From Octopus bimaculoides (taxonomy: Eukaryota), in contig NC_068982.1 of the NCBI RefSeq assembly GCF_001194135.2, positions 10,800,385-10,851,626 of the forward strand: 51,242 nt of DNA. Reading direction: 5' to 3'. The notes under the pieces are model-generated. The model was not told the DNA's origin and did no database searches. It was given only the letters and a program-made list of their open reading frames with translations. Numbering within the stretch: position 1 is the first letter of the stretch; every line of letters starts with the position of its first letter. Made by a program: the position numbers and the translations under genes. Below, piece by piece: positions 24,598 through 36,960 of this stretch.

Positions 24598-27500
24598 ATA
24601 TATCTATATAGATATTTATGTATGTATGATGTATTATATATGTATGTATGTATGTATGCGTGTCTTTGTGTCTGTTTGTCAACCTTAGCTGCTTGGTGAC
24701 TGGCGTTGGTGTATTTACGTTCCTGTAACTAAGCATTTCGGCAAAAGAGACGGGTAGAATCAGTACCAGGCTTTAAAAATTTAAGTACTGGATTAAATTC
24801 CTTCGACTAAAAATTCTTCAAGGCGGTGCCCCAGCATGGCCGCATTCTAATGAATGAAACACGTAAAAGGTGAAAGATAAGAGATAGACATATTTTCTCT
24901 GGACACATTTAAATGCAGAATATGCAAAACGCTATTTATCTTTCCTGTGGCATTGTAGATGTTTCTGAATAATCTCTGCGGAATAAAATCATAATTTCAA
25001 TTATAGTTGTATGATGAGACTCGACGAACGGAATTTACGACGACTAACTTGAGAATAGAGTCTTTAGATAAAGAAAGGCATATCAATTGTTATTCTATTG
25101 CAAAGAGTTTAGAAATTAGTGATCAATGAATGGGATTCTTATAAAAAGCATTGGTATCATTTCAGTACTCCATAGAAGGCTATATATGGCTTACAATAAA
25201 CGTCGCTGCAAACGATGGGCATATTCCGAAGCTTCTTTTGTGTAATTCTTGGCAAGTTTGTAAGCACGTGTGATGTGTGTGTTTTTCTCGCTTTGTTAGA
25301 ATAATATTTGCGTTGGCGAATATTTGAAAACTTGGTTGATACTAGGAGTGAAAGATAGTTGTGAAAGGAATATTTTGAACTTCTTCCTTTGTATTGGAAC
25401 GTATGAAGATAAAACTGTTGATTGAGAAAACGTATAATCAATAAAGAGATGGAATAATCAGATGCTTTGTATAAACACGTTCCTTAAAGCGAAAGACGAT
25501 TTGATTATCACGCTGGAATGCAAATATATAATTAACCTGAATTTTAGAAACATACATTGATTAAATTTTAGGTTAAAAATTCAAGAAGTGGCTTTTCATT
25601 TTCAGACAATGGATGTCAAGTTAACTACAAAACCTTCGAATTATAAATCATCATCAAATTACCCTTGTGTATATCCATGTGTTCGTATATATGTGATGGT
25701 GGTGGGGTATATGTTTGTAAGCAATTGGGATACTAATCATTAGTATGACTACTATTATAAATCTCATTTTATCTGCTGACAACCATGAAACCACTGTTTC
25801 ATTGTCATACTCAGCATGTAACTTTAATGGTAACATTTTCAAGTTGCGTCTTTTTACTGTCCGTTTTAAAGAAAAACATTGTCACTGACTCCGTTATCTA
25901 TTGTTGAATTACTATGACTACTGTCAAGTGGTTAACAAAATAATTGGTTTTAAATGGAGAATATTACGGGAAGTAATAAATTAGAAAACACTGTGTACTT
26001 GATAAGGATCAAATTTAGACCAGAAATTGTCTGAAAGAATATTTCATATATCTGACAAATGAAAATTGTTCACTGTGAAATATTTCTTCCTGTTGCACCA
26101 GAGGAAGTAATAAACCTGCAATTCCTTACACCCTTCCATGTATTTATGAGGCTAAACATTGTTATATTTGCGGTTATGCAACACAGTTCCAGTGGCGTTG
26201 GTTTGCTTTAAAATATTCATTATATTAATACAGTGTATATAAGTGTATACATTCATAAAAGTGAAGCTGTTTATAAAGCGATCGACTTGGAGACCGAATT
26301 ATTTCTGCTTCTCTGACTCCAATAACTATAAACATTTGTAGTAATCAAATTAAATCCTACATGATATCTAATCAATAAGCTGATATTCACAGCATAAAAA
26401 ACAAGTACTCTCTTTCTCCTGCTATCTTGCTTATTTAGAGCGGTCAACATTTGTATGCTGACTTTATGTGTAATCTATCAAAATCTTACAACTACTTGGT
26501 TTAATAACCATCAGAGTATTATATGGCCAGAGTAATATGACTTTCGTATGTGACGAGAGTTGAAGAGCTAAAAGTGTTTGACTATTTTCGTTCAATAACG
26601 CAATTTCTATTCCAGTTGGATGGTATCTCATCTCATATAAAAGTAATGACCTTGGGAAAAAATCAACAGCGAGATAATTTTCCTCTTCGACGACATAAAA
26701 TGTTTCTGTGTCTAATCAAAATATACAGATAATAATATGTTTTCCAGTAGTGAAGTTATATATTCGGTGGTTTTACTGTTCATTAAATTAACAACTGAAT
26801 ACAATTTCTTTTACTCGAAAAAAGTAATGCACGTTTCTTATCAAAAGAAAATGGAAAACCGGAAGTTGCGATATTGATGCATTTCTCAAAACAATGAAAT
26901 GTTTCATATATTTTTTCATGACTTTTTACGTTGTCTTTTGTGTTCGCAAATGATTACTCGGAATTGACCCTTAGATATTACTGTTTTATTTTTTAGTCAT
27001 TTATTTATTTCTTCTCTAGATCAATCATCTTAAGAGAAAAAGCAATACAGTGATTGTTTCTTTCTGTTGACTGTAATTATTAAATTAAGGTAAAAATTAC
27101 TTAGCTAATTTCTGCATTCTAATGTGAAGCTATTTTACTTTACTTATAGAAAAGGCGTGAACACTTAAATATCACATCAATCTCAAACTTTACTGATATT
27201 TTCGAATCCATTCCCTAATCTATTGCACTCCCCACGACAGAAAGCATAAAAGGCAATGTGTATCTCGTCGGTCAAGCTCGTAAAAGGAAACTAAAACAAC
27301 AAACGGAGAAGGAGCGGGTGATCGTTAGAGATGCTGAATGCAGGCGAACAGTTGTAAAAGGTTTTGATCAGAAATCGCCGGCATTTAATCCAAATAAAAC
27401 TGAAAATCGTTATGATTAATTGTATTTGGCTTGAATTTCACACAGTCATATAAACATATAAATATATATGTGAAATTAAATATTAAACTCGTCTGTTTTT

Positions 27501-27929
27501 CAAAATATTATCGTTCACATAACATTTATATATTTACATATGTGTGTGTGTATCTATATATATGCGCGTATGTGTGTGTGTATGTGTGTGCATGTGCATG
27601 TCATGTAAACATGTATGGGCATGGCGATATATATATAAATATATATTTATATATTAGGTTGTCAAGAAAGTTCTTGCGGTTTTTAACCTTCAAATTCAAA
27701 TGCACATATTTCGGCCCAAACAATTATAAATGAGATTTCTAAAGTGCTTATTAACTGGGTAAGTTTTGCATGGAAATCTTTGTTTTTGAGACAGACGTTT
27801 TGATATTGACATAACTGAATGTATCAATGCATTTTGGAATAAATAACAATTTACAGTCTGAGTTGAAGAGGTGTTGAGTTTGAAGAATTGTCTATGAATA
27901 TTTGCTTTCTGCTTGATTTTGAAAGAAAT

Positions 27930-28385
27930 ACTCTCAAGGTGCAGTAATGGTCAAATGTCTTGTATTATAGCCCCAGGATGAACAGGGCTTTGCGAGTGGC
28001 TTTGTTAGACGGAAACTGAAAGAAGCACGTCGTAGATAGATAGATAGATAGATAGATAGATCATACACACATGCATGCATGCATGCATGCATGCATACAT
28101 ACATACATACATGCATACATACATACATACATACATACATACATACATACATACATACATACATACATACAGCTATGTGCGAGTGTTTGTGGTTGTGTCA
28201 GTCCCCACCACCGCTTGACAAGCGGTGTTGATTTGTTTACTTTCTCAAGACTTAACGGTTCAGCCTAAGCGAAGGATAGAATAAGTAACAGGCTTTAAAA
28301 TATAAGTACTAGGGATAGATTTGTTCGGCTAAAATCCTACAATGCATAGCCCTAATTTGCCTGTAGTCTAATGACTGAATCAATC
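27930..28385 (+). mobile_element. SINE family A, 5'-truncated, internal (GATA)n(CATG)n(CATA)n
   Basis: ttagacggaaactgaaagaagcacgtcgt, microsatellites, tail ccgcttgacaagcggtgttg...tagaataagtaac. Confidence 0.8.
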
Positions 28386-28699
28386 TTAGGTATTTTTTTG
28401 CGTCTCCAATAACGATATCAGACATGTTATCTCTGCATTTGTCAGGAAGTATGGTAGCAATATGCCACCGGTGTTTCTTGTGCTGATACGTTATGTATGT
28501 ACTGAAAACCTGGGATATTATATTTATTCAAGGGCAGTTTTTATTACGGATGGTATGTTATACTATTTCAATTACGATGTGCTGTATTTGAAAGCGGTAT
28601 CTAATTCACATTTTTAAACAACTGATCATATGTGTAATATGTTTAATGGAAATGTAATGTAATTGACATTTTCAGTAGCATTATTCTAGCTTAAGGTCA

Positions 28700-28704
<5 letters not shown>

Positions 28705-28758
<54 letters not shown>
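28705..28758. repeat. (CT)n microsatellite
   Basis: Direct tandem repeat. Confidence 0.95.
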
Positions 28759-29534
28759 NNNNNNNNNNNNNNNNNNNNNNNNNNNNNNNNNNNNNNNNNN
28801 NNNNNNNNNNNNNNNNNNNNNNNNNNNNNNNNNNNNNNNNNNNNNNNNNNNNNNNNNNNNNNNNNNNNNNNNNNNNNNNNNNNNNNNNNNNNNNNNNNNN
28901 NNNNNNNNNNNNNNNNNNNNNNNNNNNNNNNNNNNNNNNNNNNNNNNNNNNNNNNNNNNNNNNNNNNNNNNNNNNNNNNNNNNNNNNNNNNNNNNNNNNN
29001 NNNNNNNNNNNNNNNNNNNNNNNNNNNNNNNNNNNNNNNNNNNNNNNNNNNNNNNNNNNNNNNNNNNNNNNNNNNNNNNNNNNNNNNNNNNNNNNNNNNN
29101 NNNNNNNNNNNNNNNNNNNNNNNNNNNNNNNNNNNNNNNNNNNNNNNNNNNNNNNNNNNNNNNNNNNNNNNNNNNNNNNNNNNNNNNNTATATATATCTT
29201 TTTGAATGTGTGATGTTAAATTTAGACAAAATGCTCCAAGATAATTCTGAAGAGCGGTTTTTTTTGTTTTTTTTTGGAAGTTTTGCTTTTGTTCATCAAG
29301 ACTAGTTGATTAGAAGCGAACTTGTGGTCAATGCAAGATCATTATAATCCCGTCTCGAAACGATGTTTTTCACTCGACGTCTTAAATTCATACTTTTAAG
29401 TTCTTTATTTCACCTGACGTGTAGGATTTCTGTTCTTTTTTGTTTGTTTTTTGTCCAAGTTGTTACTAAATTACAGTCGTCGTTTTGTGGACAGATTTAT
29501 CTTATTTATGTATATGTATGTACGTGAGTAATGA

Positions 29535-29680
29535 GATAATTTGGCAGAATCTTTGGGCGTTCAGAGGAATGCCTAGCGCTGTATATTCTGGTCCTGCAAC
29601 CTGAGTTCAAATCCTGTCAAGGTCAACTTTACCTCCCATTGCCTCATTGTCAATAAAGAAAGGACTAGTTAAGGGCAGCG
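29535..29680 (+). mobile_element. Old SINE family B remnant
   Basis: ttggcagaatc...ctgagttcaaatcctgtcaaggtcaactttacctc. Confidence 0.5.
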
Positions 29681-31979
29681 ACATGAAATATTGTTCGAGG
29701 ATTCAACTGGATGCTTTGCGATTTTAGAATTAGATTTTTGCATTTTCGTCAAAACGATTGCAACAGCACTGGACAGCAGTGGACAACATCAGTTACAAGG
29801 AGACGACATACATATAAGCATGGGTAGCTACTGGTCTTCTATATCAATCTTTCTCAGACCTGTTCCTGGGAAGAAATACTCCAGGTGTAGATCAATTGTC
29901 TCAAAAGATGTATAGAAATCTTTTGTTGAATGAATGCATTTTCGTCCGCAAAAAATAGTCCTTTTTCTAGGTGTTTCTCTGCATGAAAATATTACCCCTT
30001 TTAGTTTATTAACTGTTATGTCTCATCGCTACTGCTATCTAGCACCTTCGGATGATCTCTACCCAACCGCTACACAACTGCTACTCGACTGTTACTCAAC
30101 ACTCCTACCACGGCCAGACTACCTCTATTTATATGTCTTGGGAGATCCTACTTCTTCGCCTGGGGGTGTCGACACAACATTAACGCTAGTTGACTGCATG
30201 ACGTATTTGAAAATTTAATGTTCGTATATGTTGTTTTAGTTAAATATGAAAATATGTTTACTTTTTCATAAATCATCTTATGTTTACCTCTAGATTCTCG
30301 ATAATTGTCTGAAAGAGACTTGCAAATATTCTTTGATAAGCAGCTGACCCTGAATTATAATATTTATATGAATTTTAAGAATTTACAGTTTCTGGCGCAA
30401 AGTTAAGTATTTTCGGAACCCATTCGTGAAACCTCCATATCTTCCTGATAGACTTAAATTGCCATGTCCCAAAACTTATATTATTTATCGAATAGCTCCA
30501 AATTGGACTTCATTCACTAATATGTCAGCAATGAAAATAAAAACTTCGCCTCTGTCCTATTTATAGTTGAAAGTTACATCTCTATTACAAAAATGTCCAT
30601 TCAACACGATACTGTATATTTCGTTATTCAACTTCTTGCTGTTAAATGTTTCAAGTAGATTGACAGACATTGCAATGTGTTTCAAATAATCCACGAAGTT
30701 TCCTTTAATTTGAGAAGATTATGTGAAATTCTCTTTTTTCACTTCATGTTTGATAGCCTTTTATATGAAAATCTCGTAAAAAGAAAAGAGAAAATACATG
30801 AATAAAATAAAATTTAATCTTCATATTTAAATATCAAATTTTGCTAAATATCACCAGCGTATGCTGCTAAAAACATCGACATTTAAAATGTGATAAAATA
30901 TAGTGATCATAAAGTTTAGGTCCCTATGGCGACGTAAGGTTAAAATCTAAATAGATATACAATTTATTATGTTTATTTAGTCGATGTTATAAAAACATGG
31001 TGTTATATCTTGTGTGTATTAATTTTGCGCCCACATTTCAATGCGTAAGGTGAAATAATTTACATAAGTGTTTATATATCGTGTAATCAGCATATGTGGT
31101 TACTCATCCTTTTCTGTTTGTTTATATTCAATAAAATTCAATTAATATTTTATTTATAAAAGCTATTCATGAAAGATATTTCAAACTCTCATAAACACTT
31201 CTCTATCGTTAACGAACATTATTAATATATTAGAAAACCTCCGTCTGCGGATCAGCTTTATTATGTGGCCACTAATCAACTTGGTGAATGTTGCAGCTCT
31301 CCAGTTTTATATTCGTGTTGATCGCATGCAGTAAGGCTATATAACATGCTTCAGTTTTCTTCTTTTCTTTTTTTAACGAATAAAATTAAAATTCCTATTG
31401 ATCGGTGTACATAGTACTTGGCAATTTGCATTTTTTCAAACACCTGATGAGTTAAATCTGTTTAATTATTCATAAATCATTTGTTTAGGGTTCCGTGTCA
31501 CATACAAGGTTCAACACTTTATGCAGTTGAAAATGTAATTGACATGAGAGTTGCACGATAAAAGTAAACAGAATGAAAAACTGATAGAAAAAAACGGAAT
31601 AAGATGGATGTAGTTTACGTTATATTTATACGACTTCAAACTGATACATACATGAAAGTGATTAAAGGAACGTGTAATAGCTATAAATATTGGTTTCACT
31701 TTTAATAAAATTGTTTCCTTCCTCCCTCCTCTCTCTCTATTTATCTTTCCTTCTTTTCTTTCTTTCTTTCTTACCGATGTAATTAAGACTTACCATTTTT
31801 AGTAAACATACAATTTTAGAGTCGCTTCTTGTTCATGCACATTTTTATCAGGGTTAATTTCAATAACGCCATTTTCTCTGAAGGAAATATTTAATGGTTT
31901 ATAGCCGAAACTCGAAAACCGCTAACTTGGTCCGTATATTATACAATTCACACCCGTAGCCTTACAATTTTTATCTTGT

Positions 31980-32019
31980 ATTTCTATATTTCGGGGTGAA
32001 GATCCCTTCTTCAGGACAT
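31980..32019 (-). ncRNA. Minimal hammerhead ribozyme-like motif
   Basis: Minus strand ATGTC-CTGAAGA-A-GGG(atcttcac)CCC-GAAA-TATA-GAAAT; stem I 4 of 5 pairs. Confidence 0.45.
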
Positions 32020-32657
32020 TTGGAAAAAGCGGTAGTTGGAAAAAGTTGTAGGACCATATTTGGCCGAAACATATCTAAGTTAACTAAGCTATAAATATAA
32101 ATACAAATATGAGCGTGTGCTTGCTTTTAGATTGCTACACATTACATTCTTCTGATCTCAAATACCGACATGGCAAAAATGTCCTTTAATCATTCCGGAG
32201 GTAACTAAATGAGCTGCTATTTCAGGACTGGAAGCGCGTATTCCCTTCCGAATATATTTGTCCTTGCGCAAAAATGTATCCAAGTGATTTCGGACTTCAT
32301 CCATCAAATCATCACATTGACCAAGTGATATCTAGCATGACCTTGAGTTGACCATAGCTAGTTTAATGAAATTTCATATGCCGAAACTAAGTACTAGTCC
32401 TTCAGAAGACCTATATATCTATGTATGTATATATATGTATGTATATTCAAAAACAATTGCAGCGTGGAAGATATTTGAGGGCCATTCAAGTTTCAAAGCG
32501 ACGAAAATATTTTGACACAAATGAAATTTAAATGTTGAAGTGAAACTGACGGTTTTTGTGTGTTCTTGAATGGCTTACAAATATCTTCCATGCTGAAATT
32601 GTTTTTGTTTCAGCACACGATCTCAGATCAAGTCACTTGCGATGCAAGTACATCTCC

Positions 32658-32703
<46 letters not shown>

Positions 32704-34384
32704 TATATATATATAAGCTTTTGTTCCTGTTGAGGAAAAATCGGAAAGTATCCAACAATATTTATTTTCATTTCTAAGTGTTAGTTATATCCAAATAAAT
32801 TTGATTCATCAAATATATATTCACGCGAGAAATATTGGAAGCGTTCATGTGATTTTTTTTTTAAATACTCAAATATGTATGAAAGAGTAAATCATTAACA
32901 TACAATTTGAAGCCTCTTGGCAACTTGATCATAAATTCGGATCATTATGCACATGTGGAGAAACTCAATGACAAAATTTAGAATGCAATTTGATTTTGAC
33001 TTTAAAATATCTTACTTTAAATATATTAATTACGTCTCAATAAATTTTTAAATAAAGTTCTTTATAAAGATGTATATTTATGTTCTTTGAAGCGGAAGCA
33101 GAAGTATATTAACCCTTTCCATACCCGTTATTCAACACACGTTTCCTCAATAGACAGGTTATAATTCTATTGTATATCACAAAATTGTATTCATTCGTCG
33201 TTTCCAACCTGGAGTATTCTGATGTAATTATAGACTTCTTTAACTAAACTGACTACTTTACTTCTTCACAATTATATTAGATATTTCCTCCTTATTTGAA
33301 GATATTTATAGCAAAGGGAGCTGGTTCATGCAATTAAGCATTGACAGATACCAGTGATACGCCTCTGTAATCTTGGTTAGTTTTCCCAGTATCGATCAAC
33401 TAATTTTATTTGTTTATCTTAAGGGAAATATTTTAACAATCTTCAACATTCATAACGTTAAGAGATTTACTGTTGTCGAACTTTTTATATGCTCTGTAAG
33501 ACTTGGTTGAAAACACAAAATGGTTGTTATACATAAGAGAAAGGTTTGTAATTTGATTGTTTTGGATAGTTGGTAAAAATCGATATTGATTAAAGTAAAT
33601 AATTTACTTAAGCTATAGATAGTAACTAATGGACGAAAACATAATACTATAGTGATTGAAAACAAAATACATTTGTGTAATTCATATCTCATATGAAAGA
33701 TACCAAAATTACAGAATATATTCGCTAATGCTTTGAATAGAATAGTTATTTCAAGAAATATTCATAAAAACAATTTTAGAAAATTTACATTTTCAAAACA
33801 AAATTGACTAAACTTATCTGAGCTTTATCTGTACTGTTCTCAATGGAACTCAACTTATTTATAATTATATTTCATGAAGATTCAACCTTTGTTGTATTGA
33901 TTGAATATCAGACTGATAGCTGAGGAGCTGCAGAGTCTATTATGTTGCTGGCAATACGATGCGTCAACTAGCACTATGCTTTACTTTCACACAGTTCAGT
34001 CCACCTAACTGCAAATAGACATAAAGGGCGAAAGCTTTCGCATAAAACCTAAATATTTATTAATTGATAAATACTTCAAGAATTTCAGTTAGATATGTAG
34101 CACCAAGTTCAAGTTATTTCATGTCTATAACAGTGAGACCGATAAATTACCCACCACGCGGCGCCAATACTGAGTTTCATGATTTGAAATTTATACAAAT
34201 TCTTCCTTTACGGTGATACTACATAGCATGCATTGGAATTCTTCAAATTTATATTAGCTCATTGATGTTTTATTAAATACTAGCAGAGAAACCCGGCCTT
34301 GCTCGAGATTAAAATAGCATAGTTTTTTTTTTTATTGTTTTACTTGTTTCGGTATTATAACCAGATTTCATTCGGGTCTACTCA

Positions 34385-34715
34385 GGCCACACTTAAAAAG
34401 ATGAGAAATTTTGCTATTGAGGCCACACCTTTCAATTGAGCAAACTCAAAGTTGCCATTCCAAGCCGCCAGCACTTTTAACATATGTGTGCAAACTTTCA
34501 GCTTGTGTATCGTAGGGGATTTTCTATCTCCGTCTTCTCTCTGGAATTTTTCTATATTTCTGATGAAGAGCTCCACTAGAAACGTGAAATCCTCTTTCTT
34601 TTCTTTCCTTTCCTGAGCGTCCAATAACTTTGTATTTATTCCACGCCCTCGCGTTGTTGTTTTTTCTTGCTTGTTCATGTTTGGATTGACTATATATATC
34701 TCGTACCCACAAGAG
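34385..34715 (+). mobile_element. Probable Penelope-type 3' terminal remnant with decayed hammerhead (34556-34590)
   Basis: ATTT-CTGATGA-A-GAGC(tcc)ACTA-GAAA-CGTG-AAAT followed by a pyrimidine-rich tail ending in tatatatat. Confidence 0.45.
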
Positions 34716-35424
34716 TTAACAAAAGAAACAGAGACAGACAGAAACAAGGAAAATGACCCTGGTATTTGAATACTATACAAATATGTTTTTAAAAAGACTT
34801 TCCATTTAAATTTGCCAAAATTTAATTCTTCCAAAGTTTGTTATCCATATTTACAGTTNNNNNNNNNNNNNNNNNNNNNNNNNNNNNNNNNNNNNNNNNN
34901 NNNNNNNNNNNNNNNNNNNNNNNNNNNNNNNNNNNNNNNNNNNNNNNNNNNNNNNNNNNNNNNNNNNNNNNNNNNNNNNNNNNNNNNNNNNNNNNNNNNN
35001 NNNNNNNNNNNNNNNNNNNNNNNNNNNNNNNNNNNNNNNNNNNNNNNNNNNNNNNNNNNNNNNNNNNNNNNNNNNNNNNNNNNNNNNNNNNNNNNNNNNN
35101 NNNNNNNNNNNNNNNNNNNNNNNNNNNNNNNNNNNNNNNNNNNNNNNNNNNNNNNNNNNNNNNNNNNNNNNNNNNNNNNNNNNNNNNNNNNNNNNNNNNN
35201 NNNNNNNNNNNNNNNNNNNNNNNNNNNNNNNNNNNNNNNNNNNNNNNNNNNNNNNNNNNNNNNNNNNNNNNNGCCCTGTGGGGGAATATTTAAACTTCGT
35301 GAGAGTGAAACGTATTTTCGACACAATATAATTATTTCCTATTTTATTCCTCTCCATTAAACACACTTGCGTCTGTCATCGCTTTCTCCCTATAGACACT
35401 GACAGACGTACAGAGACAGAGACG

Positions 35425-35590
35425 GTGTTGTACTCTTTCACCACAGCTTTCTCTCACTCTTTCTTCCTGTTTCTTGAGTAACGCTGCGATGGACTGGCGT
35501 CCCGTCCAGCTGGGGGAAATACATACGCCATAGAAACCGGGAAACCGGGCCCATGAGCCTGGCTAGGCTTTGAAAGCGCGACTTTTATCG
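35425..35590 (+). mobile_element. SINE fragment: family C core joined to a V-domain-like tail
   Basis: gtactctttcaccacagctttctctcactcttttcttcctgtttc matches family C, then ctgcgatggactggcgtcccgtccag. Confidence 0.7.
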
Positions 35591-36012
35591 TTTTATTTTG
35601 TGGTATACGATTTCTAAGTGTAGACCCTGCATAACCCCTCACCGATCTAAAAGTAGCAGCCCTATGCTCAATAGACGACACACTTGTGATTTGAAAAGAA
35701 AATAATCCATAGAGTAACGTATGTTTCGATACTCTTCAAAAAGTATAGAACAGCCCTAACTGGAATGCTTTTGTTATAAGGTCAAGATGATCAAATAAAA
35801 TCATGACATCACTAGGTATAACTTCCAACTGTTTTATTGTGGCTGTTCTCTTATTCAGAAGATCAATTGTCAATAGCATTCCATTCACGACCATTCTATA
35901 TTTAGTCATATTGTTGTCTGATGTTGTATAGGAGACATTTTATTTCTGTTTCTGTCACGATAGTTAATTCCTAGAAGCCATAGATATGGACTGGTAATAA
36001 AATTGCATCTCA

Positions 36013-36233
36013 AAGGCGGAGAGCTGGCAAAAACGTTAGCACGCCGGGCAAACTGCTTAGCGGTGTTTCGTCTGTCTTTACGTTCTGAGTTCAAATTCTG
36101 CCGAGGTCGACTTTGCCTTTCATCCTTTCGGTGTCGATAAATTAAGTACCAGTTGCGTACTGGGGTCGATCTAATCGACTGAACCCCCACCTCCCATAAA
36201 GTTTCGGGATTTGTGCCTAGAGTAGAAAAGAGT
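36013..36233 (+). mobile_element. SINE family B, full length
   Basis: Close to the in-window consensus; ends gtgcctagagtagaaaaga. Confidence 0.92.
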
Positions 36234-36570
36234 AACATTGCATTTCAATTCAAATGTTTTTCACTGAGTATGTTTTGTTCAGTTTAATCAGTTTCTCTTT
36301 GTTTAAAAGAAAACAGGAAACTGCTGCTCCGAAAAATTGTTCTAAGTACACAGGTTCCATCTTCGACCAAAAGCCAAAGATATTTTTATACTTAGAAATC
36401 TGGTTGAACACCTTCGTACATTTAAATTATGATTCAAACTGGGGACTAATTATTTTCCAGTTATTTTTGTAGCATTTTTTAGCAGAAATAATTACTCATT
36501 GTCTGCTATAAAGGATATGGTAATGGTTCGGAATCAGTTGACGTATTACATTTAGGAACACTATTATTTC

Positions 36571-36960
36571 AGCGGCGAGCTAGCAGAATCGTTAGCACAC
36601 CGGGCGAAATGCTTAATCGTATTTCGTCCGTCCTACGTTCTGAGTTCAAATTCCGCCGAGGTCGATTTTGCCTTTCATCTCATCCACTTCCCTCATAGTG
36701 CTGGCCTTGTGCTAGAATTTGTAACCATTATTTCTTCGCATGAAAGCGGTGAGCTGACAAAGTTATTAGCACTCCAGGCAAAATGCTAAGCGGCATTTCG
36801 TCCGTCTTTACGTTCTGAGTTCAAATTCTGCCGACGTAAACTTCGCCTATCAACTTTACAGTGTCGGTTAAATACCAATCAAATGCTAGGATTGATGGCA
36901 TCCTCCTAAGCCGTTTCCCATCAAAATTGTTGACTTGGTACCTAAATCAGAAACTGATAT
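36571..36960 (+). mobile_element. Two SINE family B copies (36571-36733, 36744-36960)
   Basis: Both have head gcgg.gagct and tttacgttctgagttcaaatt. Confidence 0.85.

Larger units (their letters stand above)
23955..24880 (+). mobile_element. SINE family A split by an insertion (head 23955-24108, tail about 24660-24880)
   Basis: Head ends gaaactgaaagaagcccg; tail gttggtgtatttacg...gcggtgccccagcatggccgca. Confidence 0.8.

Noticed and set aside
25606-25716. Plus-strand exon candidate (ttttcattttcag ... gtaagc, MDVKLTTKP...)
   Set aside because: Splice-like signals only; no homology and no convincing partner exon
30040-30200. Possible solo LTR (minus-strand tataaatagagg)
   Set aside because: No defined TG...CA ends or TSD
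31441-31480. CCTGATGAG as a hammerhead start
   Set aside because: No stem II or GAAA downstream
32380-32410. GAAACTAAGTACTAGTC as a hammerhead 3' half
   Set aside because: No CUGANGA or matching stem I upstream
33107-33400. TTAACCCTTT start as a piggyBac-like MITE end
   Set aside because: No matching right end found
34275-34312. actagcagagaaacccggccttgctcg as a Helitron-like terminus
   Set aside because: Too short and single in the window
34382-34834. 150-aa minus-strand ORF as a host gene
   Set aside because: No recognisable domain; it overlaps what looks like a plus-strand Penelope-type 3' end with a decayed hammerhead
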